From positions 96,001 to 160,000 of the forward strand of contig JBBRSB010000002.1 in assembly GCA_038245785.1 (NCBI GenBank): a DNA stretch of 64,000 nucleotides, read 5' to 3'. Position 1 is the first letter of the stretch. Every line of letters starts with the position of its first letter. Both the position numbers and the translations under genes were made by a program. Below are positions 30,549 through 39,853 of this stretch, piece by piece. This DNA is from Gloeobacterales cyanobacterium. GTDB taxonomy: Bacteria; Cyanobacteriota; Cyanobacteriia; Gloeobacterales; PMM-0068. The notes beneath the pieces are model-generated. The model made no database searches and was not told the DNA's origin. It saw only the letters and a program-made list of their open reading frames with translations.

Positions 30549-32975
30549 ATGAGTTCTTCTCGGTGTTCTTCAGCTAACTTATACAGTCATCAAAGTGTTA
30601 CTTCAAAAACAATTTCAATATCCTTGAAGTTGCTACTATCAGGCTCTTTGAGCATTTTGTCTCTCTTCGGGCAAGGTCTTATTTCCAAAGTATCTGCTGC
30701 AGAACCAATCTATTTTTATGTTTCTCCTGGTGGTTCTGACAGCAATGTTGGGAGCAGTATTCGACCTTTCAAAACTATCCAGAAAGCGCGTGATGTTGTC
30801 AGCACAGTCAACAAGAATATGACAGGAGATATTGTTGTTGTCTTGAAAAATGGAACGTACACGCTCAGTAAGCCTTTAACCTTTGGTCCAGAAGATTCGG
30901 GAACCAATGGCTACAATATTATCTATAAAGCTGATACTGGTGCTAAAGTCACTATCAGCGGTGGTAAAAAAACGGGACGTTGGTCTCTAACTGATAGCAG
31001 TAAGAATATTTATAGAGCTTGGATTGGCAATAGTTATTATCCTCGTGAATTCTACGTTGGCGATGCAAGAGCAACTCGAGCGAGGAGCCTTGATGATCCA
31101 ACAGGATTTACTAGAACGGAGACAGGATATACCACTACGGATTTGAGCCTACAAAGTTGGAAAAATATAAGTGATCTAGAAATAGTGTCTACCAACGATT
31201 GGAAATCCTTTCGTTGTGGAGTCGCTGGCATCGTAGGGGGCAACATCACGATGGACCAACCATGCTTTAAAAACTCGCTCTATGGCCAAGCCCCATTTTC
31301 TGATGGAACCTTAGCCTGGCCGATCTTGAATCCTTCCTGGATCGAGAATGCCTATGAACTTTTAGACAAGCCTGGGGAATGGTACTACAAAAAACAAGAA
31401 GGGACTATTTACTACAAACCTCATCCCAGCGAAGATCTATCCAAAATAGAAACCGTTGTCCCGATACTAGATAAATTGATTGTTGGTACTGGAACGCTCG
31501 ATAAACCAGTACACAACATTGTTTTCCAAGATCTCAATCTCAAGTACGGGACTTGGTATGACCCCAACTCTGCCGATGGCTACTCATCCCTACAGGCAGG
31601 CTACCATTGGGTTGGCGATCAAACCGATCCCTCTGGGCGCAGAAAAAGCACTAAGTCCCCTGGAAATATAGCTTTTAGCTTTGCCCAAAATATTGTGTTC
31701 AAGCATAATGTCTTCAGCCATCTAAGCAGTGCCGCTCTAGATTTCGAAACGGGTAGTCAGAACAATACGGTCGAAAACAATCGCTTTGAGGATATCTCCG
31801 GTAGTGCCATCCAGTTGGGCAATCATAACTGGGGCTTTGATAACTACCCTGATTATGAGGCATTATACGGTGCTGGAGATAGCTACGATAAGCGCAATTT
31901 GATTAGTAATAATCTCATTGTGGATAACTACATCACGAAGACTGGTCAGGAGTATCATGACACACCCGGCATCTATGTTGGCTACACCGACCATACGCGC
32001 ATAGTCCACAATGAACTCACGGATCTGCCCTACACGGGTATCTCTATGGGTTGGGGATGGGATGGCTATGCATCAACGCCAGCGAGAGATAACTCTATCA
32101 GAAACAATATCATTCATAACTTCATGAATGTTCTCAAAGATGGCGGAGGTATTTATACGTTGAGTCTTCAACCCAACTCAATCATTGATGGAAACTACAT
32201 CTACGACCAATACAATGAACCAGGTTATGGTGGGAACATCTATCCTGACCAGGGCAGTAATGGCTTCACTATTTCGAATAACGTAGTGATCAACTATGCC
32301 CATCGCTGGGTCTATGTTTGGAATAATGACATCTTTGGAAATACTGTCCAGAACAACTTTGCCAACAGTGATGTTTTTGTCAACAACTCATTTACGACAG
32401 GAGCTGATGGTAAAAGTATTGCAAAAAATACTTTTCAAAACAATACGGTTGTTGCAGCGGGAAATCTTCCCAGTCAAGCGCAGGATATCATAAATACAGC
32501 AGGTATTCGGTCGACAGCCCAACAAGATGTAAAGAACAGCTTACTTTCTGTACTTTCCAATCTTGCACTCAAGCAACCTGCTACTGCATCCTCATTCTAT
32601 GATGCAGGCTCAAGACCTGGAACGGCTAATGATGGAGTAATCAACAATAGCTGGTACGCTGGATGGTCCGCAGGCGGTGATGATAGTTCTCCTTGGTGGC
32701 AAGTTGATTTAGGTGAGGCGAAGCAGTTGCATTCTATTGAGTTGACCCCTCGCCATGTCTTCGACCAACCTGGTACGAGAACAAACTTCGAAATCAGAAT
32801 CTCAAACGACCCAACGTTTGCAAGCTATACGGTTGTCCATTCTCAAGGAAGTACACCCCTGAGGTTTGATAGTACGCTGAAGGCTGATGTTTCTGATAGT
32901 AATCCTTATCGCTATGTACGGATTGCTAAGACGAAGAGCGAGTACTTCTGTATCGGAGAAGTGAAAGTCTTCTAA
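30549..32975 (+). CDS. Secreted right-handed beta-helix carbohydrate-active protein with C-terminal discoidin (F5/8) domain
   Basis: Signal-like N-terminus, FYVSPGGSDSN, PYTGISMGWGW, DGGGIYTL, NLALKQPATASS...WWQVDLG. Confidence 0.75.
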   Translation: MSSSRCSSANLYSHQSVTSKTISISLKLLLSGSLSILSLFGQGLISKVSAAEPIYFYVSPGGSDSNVGSSIRPFKTIQKARDVVSTVNKNMTGDIVVVLKNGTYTLSKPLTFGPEDSGTNGYNIIYKADTGAKVTISGGKKTGRWSLTDSSKNIYRAWIGNSYYPREFYVGDARATRARSLDDPTGFTRTETGYTTTDLSLQSWKNISDLEIVSTNDWKSFRCGVAGIVGGNITMDQPCFKNSLYGQAPFSDGTLAWPILNPSWIENAYELLDKPGEWYYKKQEGTIYYKPHPSEDLSKIETVVPILDKLIVGTGTLDKPVHNIVFQDLNLKYGTWYDPNSADGYSSLQAGYHWVGDQTDPSGRRKSTKSPGNIAFSFAQNIVFKHNVFSHLSSAALDFETGSQNNTVENNRFEDISGSAIQLGNHNWGFDNYPDYEALYGAGDSYDKRNLISNNLIVDNYITKTGQEYHDTPGIYVGYTDHTRIVHNELTDLPYTGISMGWGWDGYASTPARDNSIRNNIIHNFMNVLKDGGGIYTLSLQPNSIIDGNYIYDQYNEPGYGGNIYPDQGSNGFTISNNVVINYAHRWVYVWNNDIFGNTVQNNFANSDVFVNNSFTTGADGKSIAKNTFQNNTVVAAGNLPSQAQDIINTAGIRSTAQQDVKNSLLSVLSNLALKQPATASSFYDAGSRPGTANDGVINNSWYAGWSAGGDDSSPWWQVDLGEAKQLHSIELTPRHVFDQPGTRTNFEIRISNDPTFASYTVVHSQGSTPLRFDSTLKADVSDSNPYRYVRIAKTKSEYFCIGEVKVF

Positions 32976-32987
32976 TTGATGACTTTC

Positions 32988-33078
32988 GCCCCCCTGCCCC
33001 CCAACTTTGGGGGGTTCTATCCTCAAAGCCCCCCAGAATACTCTCCGAGAAGCTTACGCTATGGGGGATTTAGGGGGC
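32988..33078 (+). repeat. Dispersed repeat core with a 22-nt insert (33040-33061)
   Basis: Matches the 7835 core with actctccgagaagcttacgcta inserted in the second hairpin loop. Confidence 0.85.
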
Positions 33079-33135
33079 TTCTGGGATTCATGCAGGAGCT
33101 CTATTATCCACATCTCTGTGTATTGAATTTCGCTA

Positions 33136-33804
33136 CTAACTACCACCAATTTTGGGGAGGGATTGGATGAAGCCAGGCATCCATCCCGATAGACTATGAA
33201 CAGCATCAACAAATCCTGCTGCTGTAGCCGTTTTACCAGCCAAGTCACGTAAAACTTGAACAGGTGCCTTTAGCTTTGACCCCTTAGGATTAGGCGAATT
33301 AATTTCAGTTTCAAAATCATCAAGTTGCTCTATTGCTTCTTGTCGTTCTTCTTGTGGTAGAAATGCCGTATGTTGACGGATCTCTTGGATTAATTTGATA
33401 GCTTCAGAAATATCTAAAGCATTATGCTGAATGATGTTGGCATTATTATTTTTACCAGTCTGGACCGCTCCGATATTACCGTGGAAGTTCTGAATAACTG
33501 TAGAGGGAAAATTTTCAGTTGCTTTTTCTGGAAGCTTAATGGACTGTTCCACCTCTTTAATACCTTCGTGTGTGATACTGAAAATAGGATCATTTTCGCT
33601 GATCCCCTTGATTCTAATTAGCCCTTTATCTTCCAGGTATCTAACTATAGGCCCAACCTTACCGTCACTTACTTCTTCCTCTGTCATGAGATAACGAAAA
33701 GATGTAAAGCGAACTGGATCCGCTTCTGTTTTTTCCCATAATCTCCGAAGGACAGTGTAGCGAATTTTGTCCTCACTTATCACTTGTTCAAGACTTGGGT
33801 CCAT
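33136..33804 (-). CDS. Hypothetical protein: winged-helix-like N-terminus, N/Q-rich linker, helical C-terminus
   Basis: VRYLEDKGLI...ITHEGIKEVE resembles wHTH; 222 aa, AT-rich. Confidence 0.6.
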   Translation of the reverse strand: MDPSLEQVISEDKIRYTVLRRLWEKTEADPVRFTSFRYLMTEEEVSDGKVGPIVRYLEDKGLIRIKGISENDPIFSITHEGIKEVEQSIKLPEKATENFPSTVIQNFHGNIGAVQTGKNNNANIIQHNALDISEAIKLIQEIRQHTAFLPQEERQEAIEQLDDFETEINSPNPKGSKLKAPVQVLRDLAGKTATAAGFVDAVHSLSGWMPGFIQSLPKIGGS

Positions 33805-33813
33805 TTATTGTTC

Positions 33814-34047
33814 CTAACTTGGAAGAGGAATATCATCGCCGCAATCATAAGCAGTTTCAATCCAAAGTTCACGCGCTTCGCTTATATTTACCATTACCTC
33901 TTCTAGAGTATCGCCTTGAGTTATACATCCTGGAAGATCTTTAATTTCAGCAGTATAACCACCTTCTGGATCAGGGTGGAGTGTAACTGAATAATTTAAT
34001 TTTAAAAATTCCAATGGCTTTTTGTCAGAACCCTTTTTCATTATCAA
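33814..34047 (-). CDS. HicB-family antitoxin (short form without RHH tail; no hicA adjacent)
   Basis: YSVTLHPDPEGGYTAEIKDLPGCITQGDTLEE...IPLPS. Confidence 0.8.
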   Translation of the reverse strand: MIMKKGSDKKPLEFLKLNYSVTLHPDPEGGYTAEIKDLPGCITQGDTLEEVMVNISEARELWIETAYDCGDDIPLPS

Positions 34048-34166
34048 TAGGAAGATTGGTTAGAAATTCTTCTGCAAGATTACATAATAATTTATCAGCC
34101 TAGAGCAATGTTGCCCTCTCCTGCAGTTTTGGAGAGAGCAGACAAAGTTTTCAGCAAAAGGAATCA

Positions 34167-34194
34167 CCCCCCAGAATTGGGGGGCCGGGGGGGC
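34167..34194 (-). repeat. Partial copy of the dispersed C/G hairpin repeat
   Basis: ccccccagaattggggggccgggggggc abutting the DUF3386 stop. Confidence 0.65.
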
Positions 34195-34838
34195 TAGCCC
34201 AACTGAATATTGCTGAAGGTGATTTCGGTGTAGGTTTTCTGGCCCATTTCCGTCCCACTGACAATCTGTTGGGTCATCAGATAGTGGCCGTCGAAGTTCT
34301 CGTAGATGTCCGTGAACTTGAGCTGACGGAGAACCTGACCATCTTGAGGATTGGTAAATACCGCATTGTAGGCAGAAGAGATATAGCCTCTGCCCGTGTC
34401 GATTTTGTCCAGATGGTTGATAGTGAAAGCCATACGGCCCATCACCCGAGATACCTGCACCACTTGTTGGTCCCGCACCTTGTAGTTAGAACCCATGGCA
34501 TCGCCACCGACTAGGATAGCTACTGCTCCCGTAGTATCAGGCTCTCCATCGGCAGAAAAGGTGTGCTTGCCATGGGAGGTTTCAAAGTCAGAATGTTTAC
34601 GGTGCACAACAACATCTTTTAGTTGGTTGCGTAGCCACTCTTCTGCTTTTTCGTCATCGGTTTCAACCGTCACTTCCATGCCTTTGGTGACCGTTACTTT
34701 TCCGGTGTAGGTCTGCTCTTTGAGATCCAGTACAAAATCTGCGGTGTAGCCAGGGAACGTTGCGTCCCAGGTGTAGCGATTTTCATAGGCGCTCTTAAAA
34801 AGTTCGCGAGCGTCGAGTTGAGTAGTTGAGGCAGTCAT
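34194..34838 (-). CDS. DUF3386 family protein
   Basis: ARELFKSAYENRYTWDATFPGY. Confidence 0.85.
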   Translation of the reverse strand: MTASTTQLDARELFKSAYENRYTWDATFPGYTADFVLDLKEQTYTGKVTVTKGMEVTVETDDEKAEEWLRNQLKDVVVHRKHSDFETSHGKHTFSADGEPDTTGAVAILVGGDAMGSNYKVRDQQVVQVSRVMGRMAFTINHLDKIDTGRGYISSAYNAVFTNPQDGQVLRQLKFTDIYENFDGHYLMTQQIVSGTEMGQKTYTEITFSNIQLG

Positions 34839-34953
34839 GAGTGCTCCTTGGTAAACCAGCTTGGACCTGCTTGCCTATCTATGGGTGCAGCAATTCACTC
34901 GCCATTAACTCATAGGATAGAAGCGGATCTCACTCATCATACCTGGAGGATTT

Positions 34954-35511
34954 GTGGTTCAGCCCTCTTTCCCTTTAAGTACTTACCATCGAGAAGTCCT
35001 TCATCAAAATCCCTACTGGAGCTATTGCAAGGACCGCTATGGACTCAAAGACAATGAAGCAAGCTTAGAAACAGATTATTTCTACGCCCACACACCAGGC
35101 TCTGTCATCGTCGTGCCCAGGACCAACGAAGGCGAATGGATTGTGGTCCGCCAAGATCGTTACCTGATGCAGAGGGCCATTTATGAATTTCCTGGAGGAG
35201 GTGTTCATGAGTCTCAGGGTCCGCTGGAGGCTGCCCAGCAAGAACTTCAGGAAGAAACCGGATTCCACGCCCAGCACTGGGAAAAGTTAGGAGAATTCAA
35301 CCCATGCAAGGGCCTGACCGACGAGAATTGCACGGTTTATCTGGCTCAGGGGCTAACCCCGATGGCCTCTGGCTCCTCCGATCCGTTTGAACTCCTGCAG
35401 GCAGTGACCTGTAGCCAAGAGCAAATTGAAGACTGGATAGACCAGGGCGAGTTTGCCTGCGGTATGAGCCTGGCCGCATGGATGCTGGCTCAACGACGCA
35501 AGCGGATATGA
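34954..35511 (+). CDS. NUDIX hydrolase (ADP-ribose pyrophosphatase-like)
   Basis: EFPGGG...AAQQELQEETG Nudix box. Confidence 0.85.
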   Translation: MVQPSFPLSTYHREVLHQNPYWSYCKDRYGLKDNEASLETDYFYAHTPGSVIVVPRTNEGEWIVVRQDRYLMQRAIYEFPGGGVHESQGPLEAAQQELQEETGFHAQHWEKLGEFNPCKGLTDENCTVYLAQGLTPMASGSSDPFELLQAVTCSQEQIEDWIDQGEFACGMSLAAWMLAQRRKRI

Positions 35512-35516
35512 GAAAA

Positions 35517-35912
35517 TTAAGAACCGGTTACAGTCTTAAACCAGGATTTAACCTGACTCAGTAGGGCAGGAGTATCGTGATGATCTTTCAAAGCTTCTTT
35601 AAACTCAGCTAGCAGCTGAGTCTCCTCCTCTGCCATCCGACCATCCGCTGCCATCAACAACTTCAGCCCCCGCAACAGTTCCTTGCGTTCCGGGTCTGTA
35701 GCATGACTTGCTTTAAACTGCTCGATCCACAGATGACTGGTGTCCGAAGCGGGCTGTAGGGTCAAGTAATCAATGAGCTTGCTTTTCTCAGCATCACTCA
35801 CGGGTAAACGCTGGAGATAGCGACCCAGGACCAATTCTTCTGCAGGGTGGAGCTGTCCATCCGACCAGGCAGCCGCCACCAAGAGGCGAAAGGCAATGAG
35901 GGGAGTTTCCAT
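35517..35912 (-). CDS. TerB-like protein
   Basis: AAAWSDGQLHPAE ... AADGRMAEEE duplicated motifs. Confidence 0.75.
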   Translation of the reverse strand: METPLIAFRLLVAAAWSDGQLHPAEELVLGRYLQRLPVSDAEKSKLIDYLTLQPASDTSHLWIEQFKASHATDPERKELLRGLKLLMAADGRMAEEETQLLAEFKEALKDHHDTPALLSQVKSWFKTVTGS

Positions 35913-35976
35913 GTCCTCAAGGTAACAGAAAGAAACGCTGGTTTAGAGCGCTACACGGCCTCATCTTTCCAGATTC

Positions 35977-37179
35977 TTAATTAGGGGCATCGTTTCCCAT
36001 CGGGTACAGCTTAGGAAACCAGGATTCCACCACTTCAAGAGGAAATCCTAAACGTACAGGCCCTTTTTGCGTATCTGATATTAGGAGACCTTTTTTAACT
36101 AGCTCATTCAAGACAGAACGTGCTTGACGCTCTTGGTATCCCGTAATGGAGGCAGCCTTCCCCCGCTCAACTTCACCAGAAAACAAAGCTTCTCTAAGCA
36201 AAAAGAAGGAACCTCGTGGCAGGTTTTTTAAGTGGATTTCCTCCTCTACATAGCGTTCTATTCTAGATAACAGCCTCGTTGTATCCAGTAAAGAGGCCAT
36301 ATATTCAACCTGGTCAATGGCTACTTTAAGAAAAAACTCGCAAAAACTGACCAACCCCTTAGCAGTAAGATTCCCTCGTCCGTCCAAGTCATTCCATCGT
36401 TTCTGATCAGCAGTCATCAAAGAAGCTTTATAATCCTGATTTCTTCTAGCAAGTCCCCGTGAAACTGACCAGAGACTGTTGCCGATTCCAATGTGCCTCA
36501 GATATGCATGAGAGAATAGGCGCGTGACTCGGCCATTCCCGTCATAGAAGGGATGTATCCATAGCAAACGGTGATGGGCGGCGGCTACCGCAATGAGCTG
36601 CTGCAACTTGGACAATCTTTGGGGACTGTAGGCTTCTGTAAAACGCCGCAAGAACTTCAGTAGAGCACTGGAATGAGGAGGAATATGACGACCAACCTGC
36701 ACTCCACCCGTTCTGAGTTGACCGGGAGTAATCACTAATTGTTCTTTTGTACTTGGGTTTTCAACGGAGAGCAGTTCGCTGGGTAGCCGACGACAAAATT
36801 CGCGATGCAGCCAAAGGATATAATCTACAGAAACTATATCCTGAGGCCCTTGTCCAGCATCGATCATGCGCTGTACTTCAATATGAGCTTTAGCTTCCAA
36901 CTGTAAATTGCGTTTTTCAAGATTATCCGAAAAATCATCTGCTAAAGCACGGTCAATATCTCGCGGATGGGTGTTGTGCCCCTCAATCAGGTTGCTGTAG
37001 TAGCAATTTATAGAACGTACTAAATCTCCGATGGATTCTCGAACAATAGGATGAACTTGCCCTGCTAGCGCACTAGCTTTGGCAGTCAGATCCATAGCTA
37101 AGTTTTCTAAGAGGCGATTTCCCTCCTCTGGCAGCATAGGCTCCATCAACGCTACGGACTGATCAATTTGTTCCATCAT
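35977..37179 (-). CDS. Fic family protein with C-terminal wHTH
   Basis: HPFYDGNGRVTR Fic motif; YYSNLIEGH. Confidence 0.9.
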   Translation of the reverse strand: MMEQIDQSVALMEPMLPEEGNRLLENLAMDLTAKASALAGQVHPIVRESIGDLVRSINCYYSNLIEGHNTHPRDIDRALADDFSDNLEKRNLQLEAKAHIEVQRMIDAGQGPQDIVSVDYILWLHREFCRRLPSELLSVENPSTKEQLVITPGQLRTGGVQVGRHIPPHSSALLKFLRRFTEAYSPQRLSKLQQLIAVAAAHHRLLWIHPFYDGNGRVTRLFSHAYLRHIGIGNSLWSVSRGLARRNQDYKASLMTADQKRWNDLDGRGNLTAKGLVSFCEFFLKVAIDQVEYMASLLDTTRLLSRIERYVEEEIHLKNLPRGSFFLLREALFSGEVERGKAASITGYQERQARSVLNELVKKGLLISDTQKGPVRLGFPLEVVESWFPKLYPMGNDAPN

Positions 37180-37187
37180 CTTCTGTG

Positions 37188-37278
37188 TTTTTTGCCGATC
37201 CTAAAAAACGCTATTGCTCCTCTCTATTATGGCTTTCAGAGGTCAAATAACAAATTTTTTGCCGATCTTTTTGCCGAT
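37188..37278. promoter_or_regulatory. Three TTTTTGCCGAT direct repeats upstream of fic (candidate operator)
   Basis: Copies at about 37188-37200, 37255-37267 and 37268-37278. Confidence 0.5.
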
Positions 37279-37423
37279 GTCAGCGCTTTATTATTTATGC
37301 AGCCATAGCATAGGTCTTAAAAGACCTTCAGCCTTAGAGCGTATTTAGCAAGACTGGTGTACCTGTCCAAAAAAATCTTTAATAGAGATAGTGGAGTAAG
37401 GACTGCTCTCTTTTGGGGTTTTC

Positions 37424-38683
37424 ATGAGTGAAGCGCGCGAACGACTGATGAAGGTAGCGGCTCAGCGGAACTATCGGGTGACGATTGGGGAAGTGGCTGC
37501 TGTAGCGGGGGTGCCCTTGGCAGAGGCTCGTCGTGAACTGACTCTGCTGGCACAGGATACCCAAGGGCATCTCCAGGTCAGTGAACAGGGAGAAATCGTC
37601 TATGAGTTCTCCCCACAGTGGAAGCAAATCCTAGAACAGAAGCAATTTAAAGAGAAGCTCCTGAGTTTTTGGAATAGCATCAAAGGCGCACTCTTTTATG
37701 CTGTTCGGATCAGTTTTGGTATCGTTTTAGTTCTTTCCATTCTTATTATTGTGGTTGCTCTGATTGCCCTTTATATAGCGGCGAATAGCAATCGAAATAG
37801 TGATGACCGTCGGGATAATGACTTTTCCTTTGGCGGTGGCGGGTTCGGCTATTTCTGGAATCCCTATATTTTTTACTGGGGAGATCCTTATCAACGCCAA
37901 CAAGAGCGACGTCAGCGCAATGAAAAGATGGGCTTTCTGGAAGGGGTGTTCTCATTTATCTTTGGTGAGGGAGACCCCAACCGAGATTTAGAAAAGCGAC
38001 GCTGGAGCTTGGTAGGCCGCAAGATTCGTCAGGAGCAAGGCGTAGTTACGGCCGAGCAATTAGCACCTTATTTGGAAGGGCCCTATACCGAACAAGAAGA
38101 CTATATGCTCCCTGCTTTAGTAAAGTTTGATGGACAACCCCAAGTCAGTGACGAGGGAGGACTTGTTTATGTATTTCCCCAGCTCCAAGTCAGTGCTAAC
38201 GAATCTTATGAAGGTGGCACGTCTGAAACCCTCGTAGAAAAGCCCTGGAAATTTAGTGAAGCTGATGGAACGACCTTAACCTGGGCTGGACTGCTTGGTG
38301 TTGCTAACTTCTTGGGAGCCTGGTTCTTAGCCTTACAGTTTGACCAAATTTCTGCAGAATTGGGTGGATATCTTGGCTGGGTCGAGGCGATTATGCCCTT
38401 CCTCTTAGCTTATGGCACGCTATTTTTAGCCATTCCTGCCTATCGATATTTCACCTTGGGAAGCAAAAATATAGCAGTGGAAAAACGGAATGCCTTCCGT
38501 AGCAATCGGGTCAGAGTATTAAAATCTCCTACCCCTGCCCTACAGCAAAAGATGGCTTGGGCCAAGCAATTTGCTAAGAAACAAATTATTGGCAAAGAGG
38601 ACGTGATTTACTCGACAGACCGTGATTTGATTGAACAGAAAGATTTAGATATGGATGACTTTGACCAAAAGCTTAAGAGTTAA
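37424..38683 (+). CDS. Conserved cyanobacterial/plastid membrane protein (At5g03900-like)
   Basis: YRVTIGEVAA, GHLQVSEQGEIVY, FGEGDPN, VTAEQLAPYL. Confidence 0.7.
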   Translation: MSEARERLMKVAAQRNYRVTIGEVAAVAGVPLAEARRELTLLAQDTQGHLQVSEQGEIVYEFSPQWKQILEQKQFKEKLLSFWNSIKGALFYAVRISFGIVLVLSILIIVVALIALYIAANSNRNSDDRRDNDFSFGGGGFGYFWNPYIFYWGDPYQRQQERRQRNEKMGFLEGVFSFIFGEGDPNRDLEKRRWSLVGRKIRQEQGVVTAEQLAPYLEGPYTEQEDYMLPALVKFDGQPQVSDEGGLVYVFPQLQVSANESYEGGTSETLVEKPWKFSEADGTTLTWAGLLGVANFLGAWFLALQFDQISAELGGYLGWVEAIMPFLLAYGTLFLAIPAYRYFTLGSKNIAVEKRNAFRSNRVRVLKSPTPALQQKMAWAKQFAKKQIIGKEDVIYSTDRDLIEQKDLDMDDFDQKLKS

Positions 38684-38881
38684 CTCAATGCCTATGGATT
38701 CGTGCTCTTTTCCTCCGCGCAGAGAGTGGGTTCATAACCAGTAGCCTCATGATTGCGATATATAAACCTATTTATTCTGCTGTGAAGTGAATGATAGAAA
38801 CGCAAAGTCTATAAACAAAAAGTGAAAGTGCAGTCCAATTTTTCCATACACTGAAAGAGCAGTACCACTTACGCTGAATTT

Positions 38882-39829
38882 ATGGTCCGTGTGACAGTTC
38901 TTGGTACGATAAGTCTCCCTTCAGGAGGACCCATCCAGCTCCTACAGCGAGACTATGGTCAGGGAGGGAATTTAGTAAGTATCATTGCAGGCATTCATGG
39001 AGACGAATACCTTGGGCTGTATGTGGTCTATCGCTTGATTCAATGGCTAGAGTCTATAGAACAATCGACTTATCAACTACGAGGACGAATCCGCATTGTC
39101 GGCTGTGCCAATCCCTTGGGCGCTTTAGTTGGGGAGCGCCTATGGCCCGCAGATTTTACCGATATAAACCGGATCTTTCCTGGTTATCAGATAGGTGAAG
39201 CTAGTCAGAGATTAGCTCACTGGATTTTTGATGCCCTAAAACCTTCCCTGCTGAGCTTAGACCTCCATAACGGCATTGCCATGCATGAACTCCTCCATGC
39301 CCGGAGTTACTCAAGAGAGTCTTGGCTTCAAAGAGGGATGTATAAGATGGGCCTACCTGCTATCTGGTATCAATCTTTTCAGGAACCTAGCGCTCGTTAT
39401 CTGGAAGTCCCTGGAACGGTGGAAGGAACTTTACAGTACTGCCTCCACCAACACGGCATTGAGAATATTGTTCTCTGCGGAGGACCTGATTTAGATGTCA
39501 AACAGGGAGTCCAGCTTTTCAGAGGATTACTCAGGCTTCTGTTCCATTTGGAAATTCTCAAGGGTCCTCCTCTAGAAGAGCTAGAACCAGTACAGGAATG
39601 CAGACCTGTGAAGAGTATTACGCCCATCCTAAGCCAACGGGGAGGCTTCTTTTTGGCGCACGGTACTCTGGGCGAGTGGGTTAAAAAGGGGTCTTACTTG
39701 GGAGAAACTGTAGATATCCAATCGGGCCAAGTTTTAGAGCAGATTTTCAGCCCAATGGAAGGATTAGTGCTGAGTTTACGCAAGCAGCCCATGGTCGGTG
39801 AAGGAATGCTTTTAGCCAGAATTGCGTGA
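38882..39829 (+). CDS. Succinylglutamate desuccinylase/aspartoacylase (M14) family protein
   Basis: AGIHGDE, DINRIFPG, LDLH, C-terminal hybrid-motif region. Confidence 0.8.
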   Translation: MVRVTVLGTISLPSGGPIQLLQRDYGQGGNLVSIIAGIHGDEYLGLYVVYRLIQWLESIEQSTYQLRGRIRIVGCANPLGALVGERLWPADFTDINRIFPGYQIGEASQRLAHWIFDALKPSLLSLDLHNGIAMHELLHARSYSRESWLQRGMYKMGLPAIWYQSFQEPSARYLEVPGTVEGTLQYCLHQHGIENIVLCGGPDLDVKQGVQLFRGLLRLLFHLEILKGPPLEELEPVQECRPVKSITPILSQRGGFFLAHGTLGEWVKKGSYLGETVDIQSGQVLEQIFSPMEGLVLSLRKQPMVGEGMLLARIA

Positions 39830-39853
39830 CGTATGCCCTCAAAGTGAATGGGT

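Noticed and set aside
7835..33078. Repeats as a possible CRISPR array or integron attC sites
   Set aside because: Dispersed over kilobases with no regular spacers, no cas or integrase gene, and no attC R-box pattern recognised
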